A DNA stretch of 64,000 bases from Candidatus Poribacteria bacterium (GCA_965218095.1 OZ244587.1:4416001-4480000), one strand, 5' to 3'. Counted from the first letter of the stretch, positions 10,120 through 20,757 are shown. Translations and numbers: made by a program. The notes: generated from the sequence alone by a model not told the origin.

Positions 10120-10839
10120 GTGCGGTGCGATTCTGCGTAGCAAAACATAATGTCGGTTAGATTCCGACTTGGAGAACTTACCTCCACAAACCTCACCTTA
10201 ACTGCGTTGCTGGAAACAGCAACGTCCAAAGCAAAGGGAAAAGGTGCATGGCTCGTAGGGAATGTAGACCCTATAGGTTGCCACATCAGGTTAGAATGAT
10301 ACGGCAAGGCGAAAGCCGAACTCATGGAAGTCTCGTGAAGTTTGAACAGGTGAATCTACAATCCTTAGCCTGTAGCCAAAAGGCATGAGCAAAGGATAAC
10401 ATCTCGCACTTATGTTATCTTGTAAGTCAGACTGCTCCGGGATAAAGTGAGTGCCTAAGTCATTGAGAATATATGTTTTGTGAGAGCAGAATAGTCCCCA
10501 TATCACCCCGATTTATCGGGGTGATATGGGAGAGGCGGACAGATAAGCCTGTCCAAGTCAAAACACAGAAATTGGGTTAAAATGGATTAAGGGAAAATGA
10601 GCGCAATATCGTGTGCCTACTCTTAAACACGGCGACTCGTCCCCAATGTTCCACAATACTTAAAAGTAAGTAGGGCTGAGATTGTCTTTCAGGATAATTA
10701 CCACAATCCAGACAGCCTAACGATTCTTTATCCGTTTACAAAGACAATCGGTAATTGACGGTGAAAGCCGTGTGCGGTGAAAGTCGCATGCACGGTTTGG
10801 AAGCAGGGAAAAATCCGTGAGGATTCTACCTATGCTTAC
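10120..10839 (+). ncRNA. ORF-less group II intron (IIB-like, resembling bacterial class B)
   Basis: 5' GTGCG; 34-nt domain V AAGCCGTGTGCGGTGAAAGTCGCATGCACGGTTT (10765-10798); domain VI AGCAGGG..CCT(A)TGCT with bulged A at 10832; 3' AC; no RT ORF. Confidence 0.85.
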
Positions 10840-10868
10840 TAACTCCTAATGTAATTAGAAAATTGTCA

Positions 10869-11201
10869 CTACGGTTGTGTTAACTCCGGTGCTTCAACGG
10901 TTATATTTGTTACAACGTTGCGCGGTGCTTTTGCGCTGCGACTTGGAAAATCCTTAATTGTTTCATTGATGAGGGTTTTGATCGCTTCTCTGGTTTTTTC
11001 AAAGGGAATGCACTCTAAAACGATGATGGAGCGATCTTCATTGAGCGACTTTTCGTAGTGTAAACCGTATTGAATCCCCATCTGCTTGAGTTCAGGCTCT
11101 ACGCACATAGAAATGAGTCTTTGTTCTTGCAGCGTGATGAAGGCGCTATCAACGAAAAAATGAGTGTGAATCCATGCTTCTCTTTCATCGATAATCTTCA
11201 T
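10869..11201 (-). CDS. Hypothetical protein
   Basis: 110-aa ORF with AAAGGAAG RBS; no family recognised. Confidence 0.65.
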   Translation of the reverse strand: MKIIDEREAWIHTHFFVDSAFITLQEQRLISMCVEPELKQMGIQYGLHYEKSLNEDRSIIVLECIPFEKTREAIKTLINETIKDFPSRSAKAPRNVVTNITVEAPELTQP

Positions 11202-11308
11202 TGATTGCTTCCTTTCTCATCGTTGACAAGTTTGCAGAGACGGTGACGGACAACTTTGATTATATCATACCACCGACCGAAAGAGAAACAAAATCATTAC
11301 TTCCCTGC

Positions 11309-11337
11309 TTGACAGTCTGCAGATGAAGTGATAGACT
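11309..11337 (+). promoter_or_regulatory. Sigma70-type promoter upstream of the peroxiredoxin-like gene
   Basis: TTGACA-17-TAGACT with TG extension. Confidence 0.55.
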
Positions 11338-11529
11338 ATTTTGAAATCTGTTGAGTAAAGACCACATTCCTGAGATGAGTCAGATCGATGAATACCCCCG
11401 TTGCCCTTTACACCTACATCCCCTTCTGTGCGACAAAGTGCTACTACCGTGATTTTTTAAGCTAATCAAACCTTGCGAAGGTTCCAAACCTTCGCAAGGT
11501 TGAGTGTTTACGTTCACGTTTTACGAACC

Positions 11530-12018
11530 ATGCCAAGAAAAAACAAAATTCTCAACATCGGCGACAGGGCGCCCTCATTTACCCTGAACTCTGTCCAGCG
11601 TAAAACCGTCAGCCTTGAATCGTATCGCGATCAACAGCATGTAATCCTGGTCTTTTTTCGGGGTACATGGTGACCCAACACTCGTCGCCAGTTGGGGGAC
11701 TTACAAGAACACCTGAACGAATACGCAGATTTGGAGGCTGTGGTTCTTAGCGTCGTCGGCCAATGGGCCCGCGAAGTACGTCGATATGCCGAAGAACACA
11801 ATATTACCTTTCCACCGCTCATTGATAAGGATCGGCAGGTGATTAAAAGTTATGGGGTGTACCATTGGTTGGGGCTCGATGCCTACAACATTGCGCGCCC
11901 GGCGACGTTCGTGATCGATAAGACGGGAATTATCCAGTTCATATACGTTGGCTCAAACCAGTTTGACCTCGCCAGACATGAGGACATCATCGCATGCTTG
12001 AAACGGCTTCAAGTATGA
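11530..12018 (+). CDS. AhpC/TSA (peroxiredoxin-like) redoxin, probable selenoprotein (TGA 11671-11673)
   Basis: IGDRAPSFTL..VILVFFRGTW-TGA-PNTRRQL..ARPATFVIDKTG in one frame; TGA sits at the catalytic Cys position; hairpin CCCAAC/GTTGGG follows. Confidence 0.85.
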
Positions 12019-12291
12019 CATATAGAGAGGAAGAAAAGCTCAGGACGGGGGCCTTATACTTTCCCCTTTTCTTGACGCCGTGGGGCCGAATCGCCCAGAT
12101 CTGTTAATCTTAATAGGTCGCTGATTAATTGGTGAATCACAATTTAATTGCACAAAAACGCTTGGCTTTGATTATTCGATGTGTTATAATAAAATCGTTC
12201 AAGCGCCGTATATTTAGAACTATTGCGCTTGATTGGTATTGATTCATCACTAATCCCAAAATCAGACGATTCCTTAAGGAGGCAAATTCCA

Positions 12292-12906
12292 ATGGCACAC
12301 ACATTACCCAACCTTCCGTATGCTCATGATGCCTTAGAACCCCATATTGATGCACAAACGATGGAAATCCATCACGGTAAGCACCATCAGGCTTACATCA
12401 ACAACCTCAACACCGCGCTTGAAGGTCTTGATGACCTCGCAGCCTTGTCGGTCGAAGACCTGCTGCGTAACATCGACAAGGTACCGGAAGCCAAGCGGCA
12501 AGCCGTTATCAATAATGGCGGCGGACATGCCAACCATTCACTCTTTTGGACGATCATGAGCCCCAACGGTGGCGGCAACCCCACAGGAGAACTTGCTGAT
12601 GCGATCGTGTCCGCATTTGGATCGGGTGAGGCTGCCAAAGAACAGTTTGTGACAGCTGCGACGACCCGTTTCGGATCCGGCTGGGCATGGTGCGTTGTTG
12701 ATGAAAATGGCGATTTGCAGATTTACTCGACTGCTAACCAAGATAGCCCCGTCATGCAGGGCCATACACCGATACTCGGTCTTGATGTTTGGGAACATGC
12801 CTATTATCTAAAGTATCAAAACCTGCGTCCCGCTTATATTGAAGCCTTTTTCAACGTTGTCAACTGGGCAGAAGTGGAAAGGCGTTACAAAGCAGCAAGC
12901 GGCTAA
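12292..12906 (+). CDS. sodA: Superoxide dismutase, probably Mn-type
   Basis: [20 protein letters not shown] and DVWEHAYY motifs; RBS AAGGAGG. Confidence 0.95.
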   Translation: MAHTLPNLPYAHDALEPHIDAQTMEIHHGKHHQAYINNLNTALEGLDDLAALSVEDLLRNIDKVPEAKRQAVINNGGGHANHSLFWTIMSPNGGGNPTGELADAIVSAFGSGEAAKEQFVTAATTRFGSGWAWCVVDENGDLQIYSTANQDSPVMQGHTPILGLDVWEHAYYLKYQNLRPAYIEAFFNVVNWAEVERRYKAASG

Positions 12907-12941
12907 AGTAGGCGTCAGTTAAAGCGAAATTTCGCAAAAAC

Positions 12942-12970
12942 TTGACATCGCACTCAGCCTTGTGTATACT
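12942..12970 (+). promoter_or_regulatory. Sigma70 promoter of the T-box/ilv operon
   Basis: TTGACA-17-TATACT. Confidence 0.7.
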
Positions 12971-13007
12971 TAAATGCCCGAATTGGACAGAAAAATTGAA
13001 TACATAA

Positions 13008-13285
13008 AAGCGATGAAGGGGAGGAGTAAGTCGTCCGGTCTTGACAGAGAGGGAGATTCACCGGCTGAGAGATTTCCTGAAGTAACCCCGACTGAAGGTC
13101 ATCCTGGAGCTGCTAGCCTGAAAATGCCAAGTAGGGTTAGCCGGTTTGATGCACGTTAACGCATACCAATGAGCGCCCTTTTGAGCACAGAACTTCACCG
13201 ACAAAAGGGAATCGGAGTGGTACCACGGTAAGGACTTCAAAAGAAGCCCTTCTCGTCTCCAAGTTGGAACGGGAAGGGCTTTTTT
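13008..13285 (+). promoter_or_regulatory. T-box riboswitch (probable Val GUC specifier) with terminator
   Basis: GA motif, AGTA/GAA loop E, AGAGA and GCTGAGA stem I motifs; antiterminator GGAG-TGGTACC-ACG..CGT-CTCC; terminator 13244-13285. Confidence 0.9.
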
Positions 13286-13309
13286 AATTGGCGCTGTCAG
13301 TTATACGCT

Positions 13310-13493
13310 ATATTCCGCACCTGTTTTTGGGGTTTCCGGTATTTATTGAAATACTGTAAACCCGTATGGATACTGAGTCCTTCAATTTTTGACAATCCGA
13401 TTAGATCGTGGATTTTATTTGAGTTGCGCCCAAAAACGGTGTTTTTGGCCTCCAAAAAGGTCACAAACCCAGTATTCATGGGGTGCGGAATAT
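13310..13493. mobile_element. MITE-like insertion between the T-box and ilvB
   Basis: 12-bp perfect TIR ATATTCCGCACC/GGTGCGGAATAT; right end extends to an ACCC-type (IS982-like) terminus; no clean TSD. Confidence 0.5.
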
Positions 13494-13642
13494 GGGTTAC
13501 ACCAGTTCTCCATTCAAAAAACGCAGGATACAAGACAAGAGACAAGATGCAATACACAGCAGTTTACCTGCATCATTGCATCTTGAATCCTGATGGGATG
13601 AATGCATAGATTGAAAACAGAGTTGATTATAAGGAAAAAACT

Positions 13643-15319
13643 ATGGAAATATCAGGCGCAAAAATACTGATTGAAAGTCTCAAACGCGAAGGTGTGGAGT
13701 ACGTTTTCGGCGTCAATGGCGGTGCAGCGATGCCAATCTTTGATGCCCTCTACGAGCACCTCGATGTTAAACTAATCATGATGCGGCACGAACAAGGCGC
13801 ATCGCATGCCGCTGACGGCTATGCGCGCGCAACGGGCAAAGTCGGCGTCGCGCTTGCCACTTCAGGCCCCGGCGCAACAAATCTGGTAACTGGTATCGCA
13901 ACCGCCTTTATGGATTCCATTCCGATGGTGGCAATCACGGGGCAGGTCTTCACCCACTTAATGGGCAACGATGCCTTCCAGGAATGCGACGTCATCGGCG
14001 TCACAAGACCAATCTGCAAGCACAGCTACCTGATCAAAAGCAGTGATGAGGTAGCCGATATCGTCGCGGAAGCCTTCCACATCGCTAGCACAGGACGCCC
14101 GGGCCCTGTTGTTGTCGATTTTGCCAAAGATGCACAAATCCACGAATCACTCTTCCGTTACCCAGAGGGGGTCAATATCCGCAGTTACAAGCCCAAAGTC
14201 GATGGACATCCCCGCCAGATCGCCAAAGCCGTTGAACTGATTCATAATTCAGAACGCCCGATGCTCTATGCAGGGGGCGGCGTCGTACTTTCCAATGCCT
14301 CGGAGGAATTACGCGAGTTAGCGATTAAAACCGGTATTCCAATCACGGTGACGCTTATGGGGCTTGGTGCATTCCCCGAAACCCATCCGCTGGCGATGGA
14401 GATGCCGGGTATGCACGGCTCTTGCTGCGCGAACTATGCGTTTACAGATTCTGATCTCGTGATTGCGGTCGGTGCCCGGTTCGATGACCGCGTCACGGGG
14501 GACTTAACGAAATTCGCACCGCAAGCCAAGAAGATCCATATCGACATTGATGCCTCATGTATTGGCAAAAACGTCCCGGTTGACGTGCCGATTGTCGGCG
14601 ATGCCAAGCGCGTATTGGCGGAAATGAACAAACTCCTGCATCGCGTGGACATCGAACCCTGGATGCGCCAAATTGATGAGTGGAAAGAGAAATATCCCTT
14701 CGAGTACCACCCAAACGGCGATAAGATTATGCCGCAATACGTGATTGAGCAGATCTATGACCTTTATTCTGATGCGGTGGTCGTCGGAGATGTCGGACAG
14801 CATCAGATGTGGGCAGGGCAATACTTCAAATTCACCGAACCCCGTCAGTGGTTAAACTCCGGTGGACTCGGCACGATGGGGTTTAGCTTGCCTGCTGCGA
14901 TTGGGGCGCAACTCGGCTGTCCGGACAAAACGGTCGTCAATATCAATGGGGACGGTTCATACATTATGACGATGCAGGAACTTGTCCCCGCGATCACCCT
15001 GAAGCTCCCGCTCAAGATCTTTATCATCAACAACATGTATCTCGGCATGGTGCGGCAGTGGCAGGAGCTCTTCCACCAAAAACGTTATTCAGCCGTTGAT
15101 TACCATGATAATCCCGATTTCGCGCTGCTTGCCCAAGCATTCGGCGCGACAGGCATTCGTGTTGAACGAATTGAAGATGTCCGCCCAGCATTGGAGAAAG
15201 CAAAGGGCATCAATGATGGTCCCGTCGTCATCGACTTTATTGTCGATGAAGATGAGAATGTCTTCCCAATGGTCCCAGCGGGCGCAGGACTCGGTGACGT
15301 CATACGAGGTCTGGCTTAA
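13643..15319 (+). CDS. ilvB: Acetolactate synthase large subunit
   Basis: RHEQGA, TSGPGATN, GARFDDRVTG and GDGS..NN TPP-binding motifs. Confidence 0.97.
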   Translation: MEISGAKILIESLKREGVEYVFGVNGGAAMPIFDALYEHLDVKLIMMRHEQGASHAADGYARATGKVGVALATSGPGATNLVTGIATAFMDSIPMVAITGQVFTHLMGNDAFQECDVIGVTRPICKHSYLIKSSDEVADIVAEAFHIASTGRPGPVVVDFAKDAQIHESLFRYPEGVNIRSYKPKVDGHPRQIAKAVELIHNSERPMLYAGGGVVLSNASEELRELAIKTGIPITVTLMGLGAFPETHPLAMEMPGMHGSCCANYAFTDSDLVIAVGARFDDRVTGDLTKFAPQAKKIHIDIDASCIGKNVPVDVPIVGDAKRVLAEMNKLLHRVDIEPWMRQIDEWKEKYPFEYHPNGDKIMPQYVIEQIYDLYSDAVVVGDVGQHQMWAGQYFKFTEPRQWLNSGGLGTMGFSLPAAIGAQLGCPDKTVVNINGDGSYIMTMQELVPAITLKLPLKIFIINNMYLGMVRQWQELFHQKRYSAVDYHDNPDFALLAQAFGATGIRVERIEDVRPALEKAKGINDGPVVIDFIVDEDENVFPMVPAGAGLGDVIRGLA

Positions 15320-15414
15320 AAAGTGCACGGAGTGAACTACAGATGGTATAAAGTGCCTAAAGTTCGCAACTCATCTTTGTTTACAAAGGCAAAGTTTCCT
15401 CGCAGGTGGTTATA

Positions 15415-15906
15415 ATGGCTGAAGAAAGACATATCTTTTCTGTGCTCGTTGAAAATCGCTTCGGTGTCCTTGCACGAATTTCAGGACTATTTAGCGGACG
15501 CGGTTTTAATATCGATAGCCTGAATGTCGCTGAGACTGACGATCCGGAAGTTTCGCACATGACAATCGTCACGCATGGTGACGCGCAGATCATCGAGCAG
15601 ATCTACAAGCACCTGAATAAGCTAATTGACGTGATCAAGGTGACGGACCTCACCACCGAAAACCATGTCGAGCGGGAGCTGGTGCTGATCAAGGTCAAAG
15701 CCGAACCGGAGCGGCGTGGAGAGATTCTCCATATTGTGGAAATCTTCCGCGCCCGCACGGTTGATGTCAGTCTCAATACCTTAACAATCGAGGTGACGGG
15801 TGACAAAGGGAAGCTCAAGGCTGCGATTGATCTACTGCGCCCGTACGGTATTCAAGAATTAGCCCGTACCGGTAAAATTGCGCTGATGCGTGGAACAGGA
15901 AAATGA
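15415..15906 (+). CDS. ilvN: Acetolactate synthase small subunit
   Basis: SVLVENRFGVLARISGLFSGRGFNIDSL ACT domain. Confidence 0.96.
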   Translation: MAEERHIFSVLVENRFGVLARISGLFSGRGFNIDSLNVAETDDPEVSHMTIVTHGDAQIIEQIYKHLNKLIDVIKVTDLTTENHVERELVLIKVKAEPERRGEILHIVEIFRARTVDVSLNTLTIEVTGDKGKLKAAIDLLRPYGIQELARTGKIALMRGTGK

Positions 15907-15971
15907 GAGGGAATGCTAAGAGGCTCCTTCCGATACTCACACAAGGAATATTGGAAGAATGGGAAGAAAAG

Positions 15972-16064
15972 TGTATTGGTCAGGAAGATGGTAGACATTA
16001 TCTCCTACAATTTGCGGCTTGGATTTGGCGAGCAAAAGTGTCGATCATCCTATTGACCATTACA
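15972..16064. mobile_element. MITE with TGT..ACA ends, copy B
   Basis: TGTATTGGTCA..TGACCATTACA; 15-bp direct repeat GAATGGGAAGAAAAG at 15957-15971 and 16065-16079. Confidence 0.8.
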
Positions 16065-16228
16065 GAATGGGAAGAAAAGAAAGACTGGAAGAAAGGTGCT
16101 TGCATCCCGATCTGCCTGCACTTGCGTAGTCTGATTCTCGGACGAGCGCGGTGAGATCGGGGGAAAGATTCGCGTCACCTTTCACACACCACGTTTCACG
16201 TATCACGTTTCATGTGAAGGAGAGTTTT

Positions 16229-17221
16229 ATGGCAACAATCTACTACGATAGCAATGCAAATTTTGATTTACTGAAAGAACGAACAATTGCAGTCATTGGG
16301 TACGGCGCTCAAGGACGTGCTCAAGCGTTAAACCTCAAGGATAGCGGCGCAAACGTCATCGTCGGGCTGCGTCCAACCAGCCGATCGCGAGCGGAGGCGG
16401 AGGCCGCAGGATTGACGGTCAAAAGTGTCGATGAAGCCGCCGCCGAGGCCAACATTGTTCAAATCCTCATTCCAGACGAACAACATGGGACAGTTTATCG
16501 GGATCAAATCGAGCCGAATATGGAAGCCGGCAATATGTTGATGGTTTCGCACGGTTTCAGCATCCATTTTGGGCAGATTGTCCCATCGGGCGACATTGAC
16601 GTAGCGATGATTGCCCCGAAGGGCCCCGGCTCGCTCTTGCGCACGGTTTTTGAGGAGGGCGGCGGTGTGCCGTGCCTTATCGCCATCCATCAGGATACGA
16701 CGGGACATGCGAGAGACATCGCGCTTGCCTATGCGAAAGGAATCGGCGGCACCCGTGCAGGCGTCATCGAAACCACCTTCCGCGAGGAAACTGAAACTGA
16801 TCTCTTCGGAGAACAAGCGGTGTTATGCGGCGGCACGACTGCGCTCATCAAAGCCGCATTCGATACTCTCGTTGAAGCGGGCTACCAGCCCGAAATGGCA
16901 TACTTTGAATGCCTGCACGAGTTGAAGCTGATCGTCGATCTAATTTACACGGGTGGTCTCAGCAAAATGCGTAATGACATCAGCAATACCGCTGAATACG
17001 GCGATCTCAGCCGCGGCTCCCGCGTTGTCGACGAAAGTGTGAGGGAGCGTATGCGAGGACTCCTCAAAGATATACAGAGCGGTGAGTTTGCACGGGAATG
17101 GGTGCTGGAAAATCAGGCGAATCAGCCCGTGCTGCAAGCCCTGCGCCGCCGAGAGTCGGAGTTGCCGGTTGAAAAGGTCGGTAGGAATCTACGGAGCATG
17201 ATGAGTTGGCTTGCGGAGTAA
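16229..17221 (+). CDS. ilvC: Ketol-acid reductoisomerase
   Basis: IGYGAQG, APKGPG and [16 protein letters not shown] motifs. Confidence 0.97.
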   Translation: MATIYYDSNANFDLLKERTIAVIGYGAQGRAQALNLKDSGANVIVGLRPTSRSRAEAEAAGLTVKSVDEAAAEANIVQILIPDEQHGTVYRDQIEPNMEAGNMLMVSHGFSIHFGQIVPSGDIDVAMIAPKGPGSLLRTVFEEGGGVPCLIAIHQDTTGHARDIALAYAKGIGGTRAGVIETTFREETETDLFGEQAVLCGGTTALIKAAFDTLVEAGYQPEMAYFECLHELKLIVDLIYTGGLSKMRNDISNTAEYGDLSRGSRVVDESVRERMRGLLKDIQSGEFAREWVLENQANQPVLQALRRRESELPVEKVGRNLRSMMSWLAE

Positions 17222-17337
17222 TACTGGTTTAGGCTTGCGTGTTCCTATGCGTAGAACTACTAGGTTTGGCAAACCTGGCAGGTCTAAATAAGCAGAATAG
17301 GAAATTTCAAGGGAATAAGTAGTTACTGGCTTAAATC

Positions 17338-17405
17338 AACCGCAGAGGCGCAGAGTGCGCAGAGTTTTTTTAATTCTTTTCTGTGTTCTCCGCGTTCTCC
17401 GCGTT
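17338..17405. repeat. Inverted short-repeat hairpin (CGCAGAG units)
   Basis: AACCGCAGAGGCGCAGAGTGCGCAGAG faces TTCTCCGCGTTCTCCGCGTT. Confidence 0.5.
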
Positions 17406-17627
17406 AAATAAGCGTGTTACGATTTATTGCGAAATGTCAAGTCTTAGTCTACTTATTACGAATTTCAAACCGACATCGGTACAATCCTGCGGTTGTTCGA
17501 TTTGCTAAAAATAGCGCATGATTATACCATCGAATGGTGAAAGTCGCCACTACGGTTGTGGTGGCGACTTTTTGTTTCGGATGCAAAGTCCAATCCTCAC
17601 CTGATATCGGGAAGGCCATCTCTCATT

Positions 17628-18881
17628 ATGGATACAATTGGAACAGAAGTCCAGCAGTATGAAAAACGCAATTTCATTGTATTTGCGGTGAACCAGATTT
17701 TTATGCGCCTCGGCTGGATTTTCAAGACCGAATCGGTGGTCATGCCGGGATTTCTGGATGTGCATACCCCATCGGGCATCATCAGAGGTTTCCTGCCGCT
17801 TATTTCGCGAATCGGTCAGAGCGTACCTCAGATTTTCATCGCATATCATGTGGCAAAAATACCGAGAAAGCAAATCGTGTTTGTAGTCTCTGCCTTCAGC
17901 ATCATGATTCCCTGGCTGGTATTGGCGCTGACGTTAGGGCTGGGGTGTTGGTCAAACAGCGCCATCGTAGCGATTTTTCTCATGCTGTATGCCCTACACT
18001 GGCTGACTTACGGCTCCAATATCCTGGCACACGGTACGCTGCAGGGAAAGCTGATTCGCCCTGAAAGGCGGGGGCGTCTACTGGCTTATGCCAACATCAT
18101 TGGATGCGCACTTGCAATCGCTGCCGTCTGGCTTGTCATGCCGCGCTGGCTTCGAGGCGAAAACGCTAATTATACCTGGATATTTGGAACAACGGGGATA
18201 TTCTTTGGTCTTGCTGCGTATGCCAGTTTGTATTTCCGTGAGCCCTCTGATTCACAGTCGAAGCAAATCGTTCCTTTTCTCAAGTATCTCGGTTCAGGAG
18301 TGATGTTGTTACGGTATGATAGGAATTTTCGCGTGCTGGCAATAGTGCTGGTGTTGTTCTATATGGGTTGGCCCATTTTCCCTCACTACACCATCTTTGG
18401 AAAGCGGGCATTGAGATTGGTGTCGAGGAACTTCGTCACGTTGTTGATTGCACAGAACACGGTCAGCGGGCTTGGCTCCCTTGTGATGGGGAACACCGCA
18501 GATCGATGCGGCAATCGGATTGTGTTGCGCGTGCTGATATTTATCTTCGCCTGTGTGCCCCTGCTGGCAGTTGGTCTTAGCCGGTTGCCCATGGGAGCGC
18601 GGTTCTACTGGCTCGTGTATGCCTGTTTGGGCTTCACCCCGGTATCCAACCGCATTTTCACGAACTACACACTTGAAATCTCTCCCCAAGAAAAACACCC
18701 ACAATATCTGGGGATGCTAAGTGTCCTTCAGACCGTGCCGTTGTTTGGTTCACCGGTGGTTGGCCTGTTGATTGACCGATTCTCTTTTGAACCCGTATTC
18801 ATTGCCTGCTCTGCCCTGGTCTTCTGCGGCGTCCTGCTGACCTTTTGGTTGGTTGAACCCCGATCTGGTCAACCCGTTTAA
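17628..18881 (+). CDS. MFS transporter
   Basis: About 12 hydrophobic segments; GNTADRCGNR motif-A-like loop. Confidence 0.85.
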   Translation: MDTIGTEVQQYEKRNFIVFAVNQIFMRLGWIFKTESVVMPGFLDVHTPSGIIRGFLPLISRIGQSVPQIFIAYHVAKIPRKQIVFVVSAFSIMIPWLVLALTLGLGCWSNSAIVAIFLMLYALHWLTYGSNILAHGTLQGKLIRPERRGRLLAYANIIGCALAIAAVWLVMPRWLRGENANYTWIFGTTGIFFGLAAYASLYFREPSDSQSKQIVPFLKYLGSGVMLLRYDRNFRVLAIVLVLFYMGWPIFPHYTIFGKRALRLVSRNFVTLLIAQNTVSGLGSLVMGNTADRCGNRIVLRVLIFIFACVPLLAVGLSRLPMGARFYWLVYACLGFTPVSNRIFTNYTLEISPQEKHPQYLGMLSVLQTVPLFGSPVVGLLIDRFSFEPVFIACSALVFCGVLLTFWLVEPRSGQPV

Positions 18882-19155
18882 TATCCCAGTAGTCAAAGTA
18901 ATCGATCCGAAAATAGGGCAATAACGTATAACAAGCAGGGGAATCGCAAAGAGGTCGTATGCTCTAATGAAAAACAAATCAACCTTGAACCACTACTGAG
19001 TATGGGATATTTATTTTCAACAAAAGACAAACGATGAAGCAATCGATTAACATGAGCAAATGGAGCAATAAATTCGTACATCACGTTTCACGCCTCACCT
19101 TGTATTCGTCCTGTTAACACTCACCAGTGCCCTCACCTTCGCAAATCAGGTTCTT

Positions 19156-20757
19156 TTGAATCCCGATCCCATCGGGGTCAAATTTGTCGAAGTCACAAAG
19201 GAAGCAGGCATCCACTTCAAACACCACGACGGCCGGAGCGGACGCCGATACTTCATTGAACCCCTCGGCGCAGGCGCCGCCTTTTTGGACTACGACAACG
19301 ACAACTTCCAAGACATCTACTTCGTCAACGGTGCCGACCTCCCCGGCGCGACCTCAAAAGAGCCGCCTCGAAACGCTCTCTATCGTAACAACGGCGACAG
19401 TACGTTCACTGATGTGACCCAAACAGCGGACGTCGGCGATACAGGGTACGGCATGGGGTGTGCGGTTGGAGACTACGATAACGACGGCTTTCCTGACCTG
19501 TACGTGACCAATTTTGGGGCAAACATCTTTTACCGTAACAACGGCGACGGCACTTTTACCGATGTCACAGCAGAAACGGGCACCGGGGATACGCGTTGGG
19601 GGGCAAGCTGCGCTTTTGCGGACTACGACAACGACGGCTTTTTAGATCTCTACGTGGCAAACTATGTGAAGTATGCTATCGAGTCTGACAAAGTTTGCAC
19701 GAGGAAAGGAATGCGCGTCTATTGCGACCCACGCCTCTATGCGGGGGAGTTGGATATTCTCTATCACAACAACGGCGATGGGACGTTTACCAATGTGACG
19801 GAATCCGCAGGTTTTTCCAAAGCAACGGGGCGGGGACTCGCTGTTGCTCTCGGGGATTACGATGACGACGGCGACCATGATCTCTATGTCGCCAATGACG
19901 CCTACCAGAATTTCCTTTATCGCAACAACGGGGATGGCACGTTTATGGATGTCAGCCTGATCGCGGATGTTGGCTTCAGCGAAGACGGAGAAGCGGAAAA
20001 CGGCATGGGGGTTGACTTTGGAGATTATGATAACGATGGACGCCTGGATCTCATCGTCACGAACTTCCAGGGACAAACGAATACACTCTATTACAACGAG
20101 GGGAACGAGCTATTTTCCGATCTGAGCTATGCCTCGAAGATTGGGACGATAAGCCTGCCTTATCTGGCATGGGGCGTGAATTTCTTCGACTACGACAACG
20201 ACAGTTATCAGGACCTGTTTATTGCCAATGGACATCTCCACGAAAATGTCCGCAAATTTGATCCAGTTGGATTTTATGAGCAGCCCAATCTGCTTTTCCG
20301 AAATAATCGCGACGGCGCTTTTGATGAGGTCGGCGTACAATCCGGTCAAGGTTTGCGCCTGGAGAAAGTCAGCCGTGGCGCCGCATTCGCCGATTATGAC
20401 AACGATGGCGATCTCGATCTGCTTGTGACGAATTTGAATGCTCCTCCGGATCTGTTGCGGAACAACGGTGGCAATCAGAATGCGTGGCTTACCCTTAAAC
20501 TTGTCGGCACATGCAGCAATCAAGACGCAATTGGCGCCAGGGTCAAAGTGACAACAGGAAACATCACGCAAATCCGGGAAGTCCGCAGTGGTTCAAGCTA
20601 TCTGTCGCAAAGTGACATGCGTTTGCACTTTGGTCTGGGGGAACATCAACAGATTGATCTGATCGAGATTCGATGGCCAAGTGGTTTGAAGGAGCGCCTC
20701 GAAGGAATCCAAGCCAATCGAATGCTTACGCTGATTGAAGGGAAAGTAGGGCGGTGA
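19156..20757 (+). CDS. CRTAC1/FG-GAP repeat protein with ASPIC/UnbV domain
   Basis: Repeated DYDNDGxxDLYVxN and YRNNGDGTFTDVT; C-terminal GSSYLSQ..LHFGLG. Confidence 0.92.
   Translation: MNPDPIGVKFVEVTKEAGIHFKHHDGRSGRRYFIEPLGAGAAFLDYDNDNFQDIYFVNGADLPGATSKEPPRNALYRNNGDSTFTDVTQTADVGDTGYGMGCAVGDYDNDGFPDLYVTNFGANIFYRNNGDGTFTDVTAETGTGDTRWGASCAFADYDNDGFLDLYVANYVKYAIESDKVCTRKGMRVYCDPRLYAGELDILYHNNGDGTFTNVTESAGFSKATGRGLAVALGDYDDDGDHDLYVANDAYQNFLYRNNGDGTFMDVSLIADVGFSEDGEAENGMGVDFGDYDNDGRLDLIVTNFQGQTNTLYYNEGNELFSDLSYASKIGTISLPYLAWGVNFFDYDNDSYQDLFIANGHLHENVRKFDPVGFYEQPNLLFRNNRDGAFDEVGVQSGQGLRLEKVSRGAAFADYDNDGDLDLLVTNLNAPPDLLRNNGGNQNAWLTLKLVGTCSNQDAIGARVKVTTGNITQIREVRSGSSYLSQSDMRLHFGLGEHQQIDLIEIRWPSGLKERLEGIQANRMLTLIEGKVGR

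Noticed and set aside
12974-13159. 61-aa ORF as an attenuator leader peptide
   Set aside because: Overlaps T-box stem I and lacks a run of Ile/Leu/Val codons
15903-16154. 83-aa ORF between ilvN and ilvC
   Set aside because: Reads through MITE copy B and its duplicated target (EWEEK appears twice)
19280-20420. Repeated GACTACGACAACGAC DNA motifs as a DGR or array
   Set aside because: Explained by FG-GAP protein repeats; no RT gene or adenine-specific TR/VR pair seen
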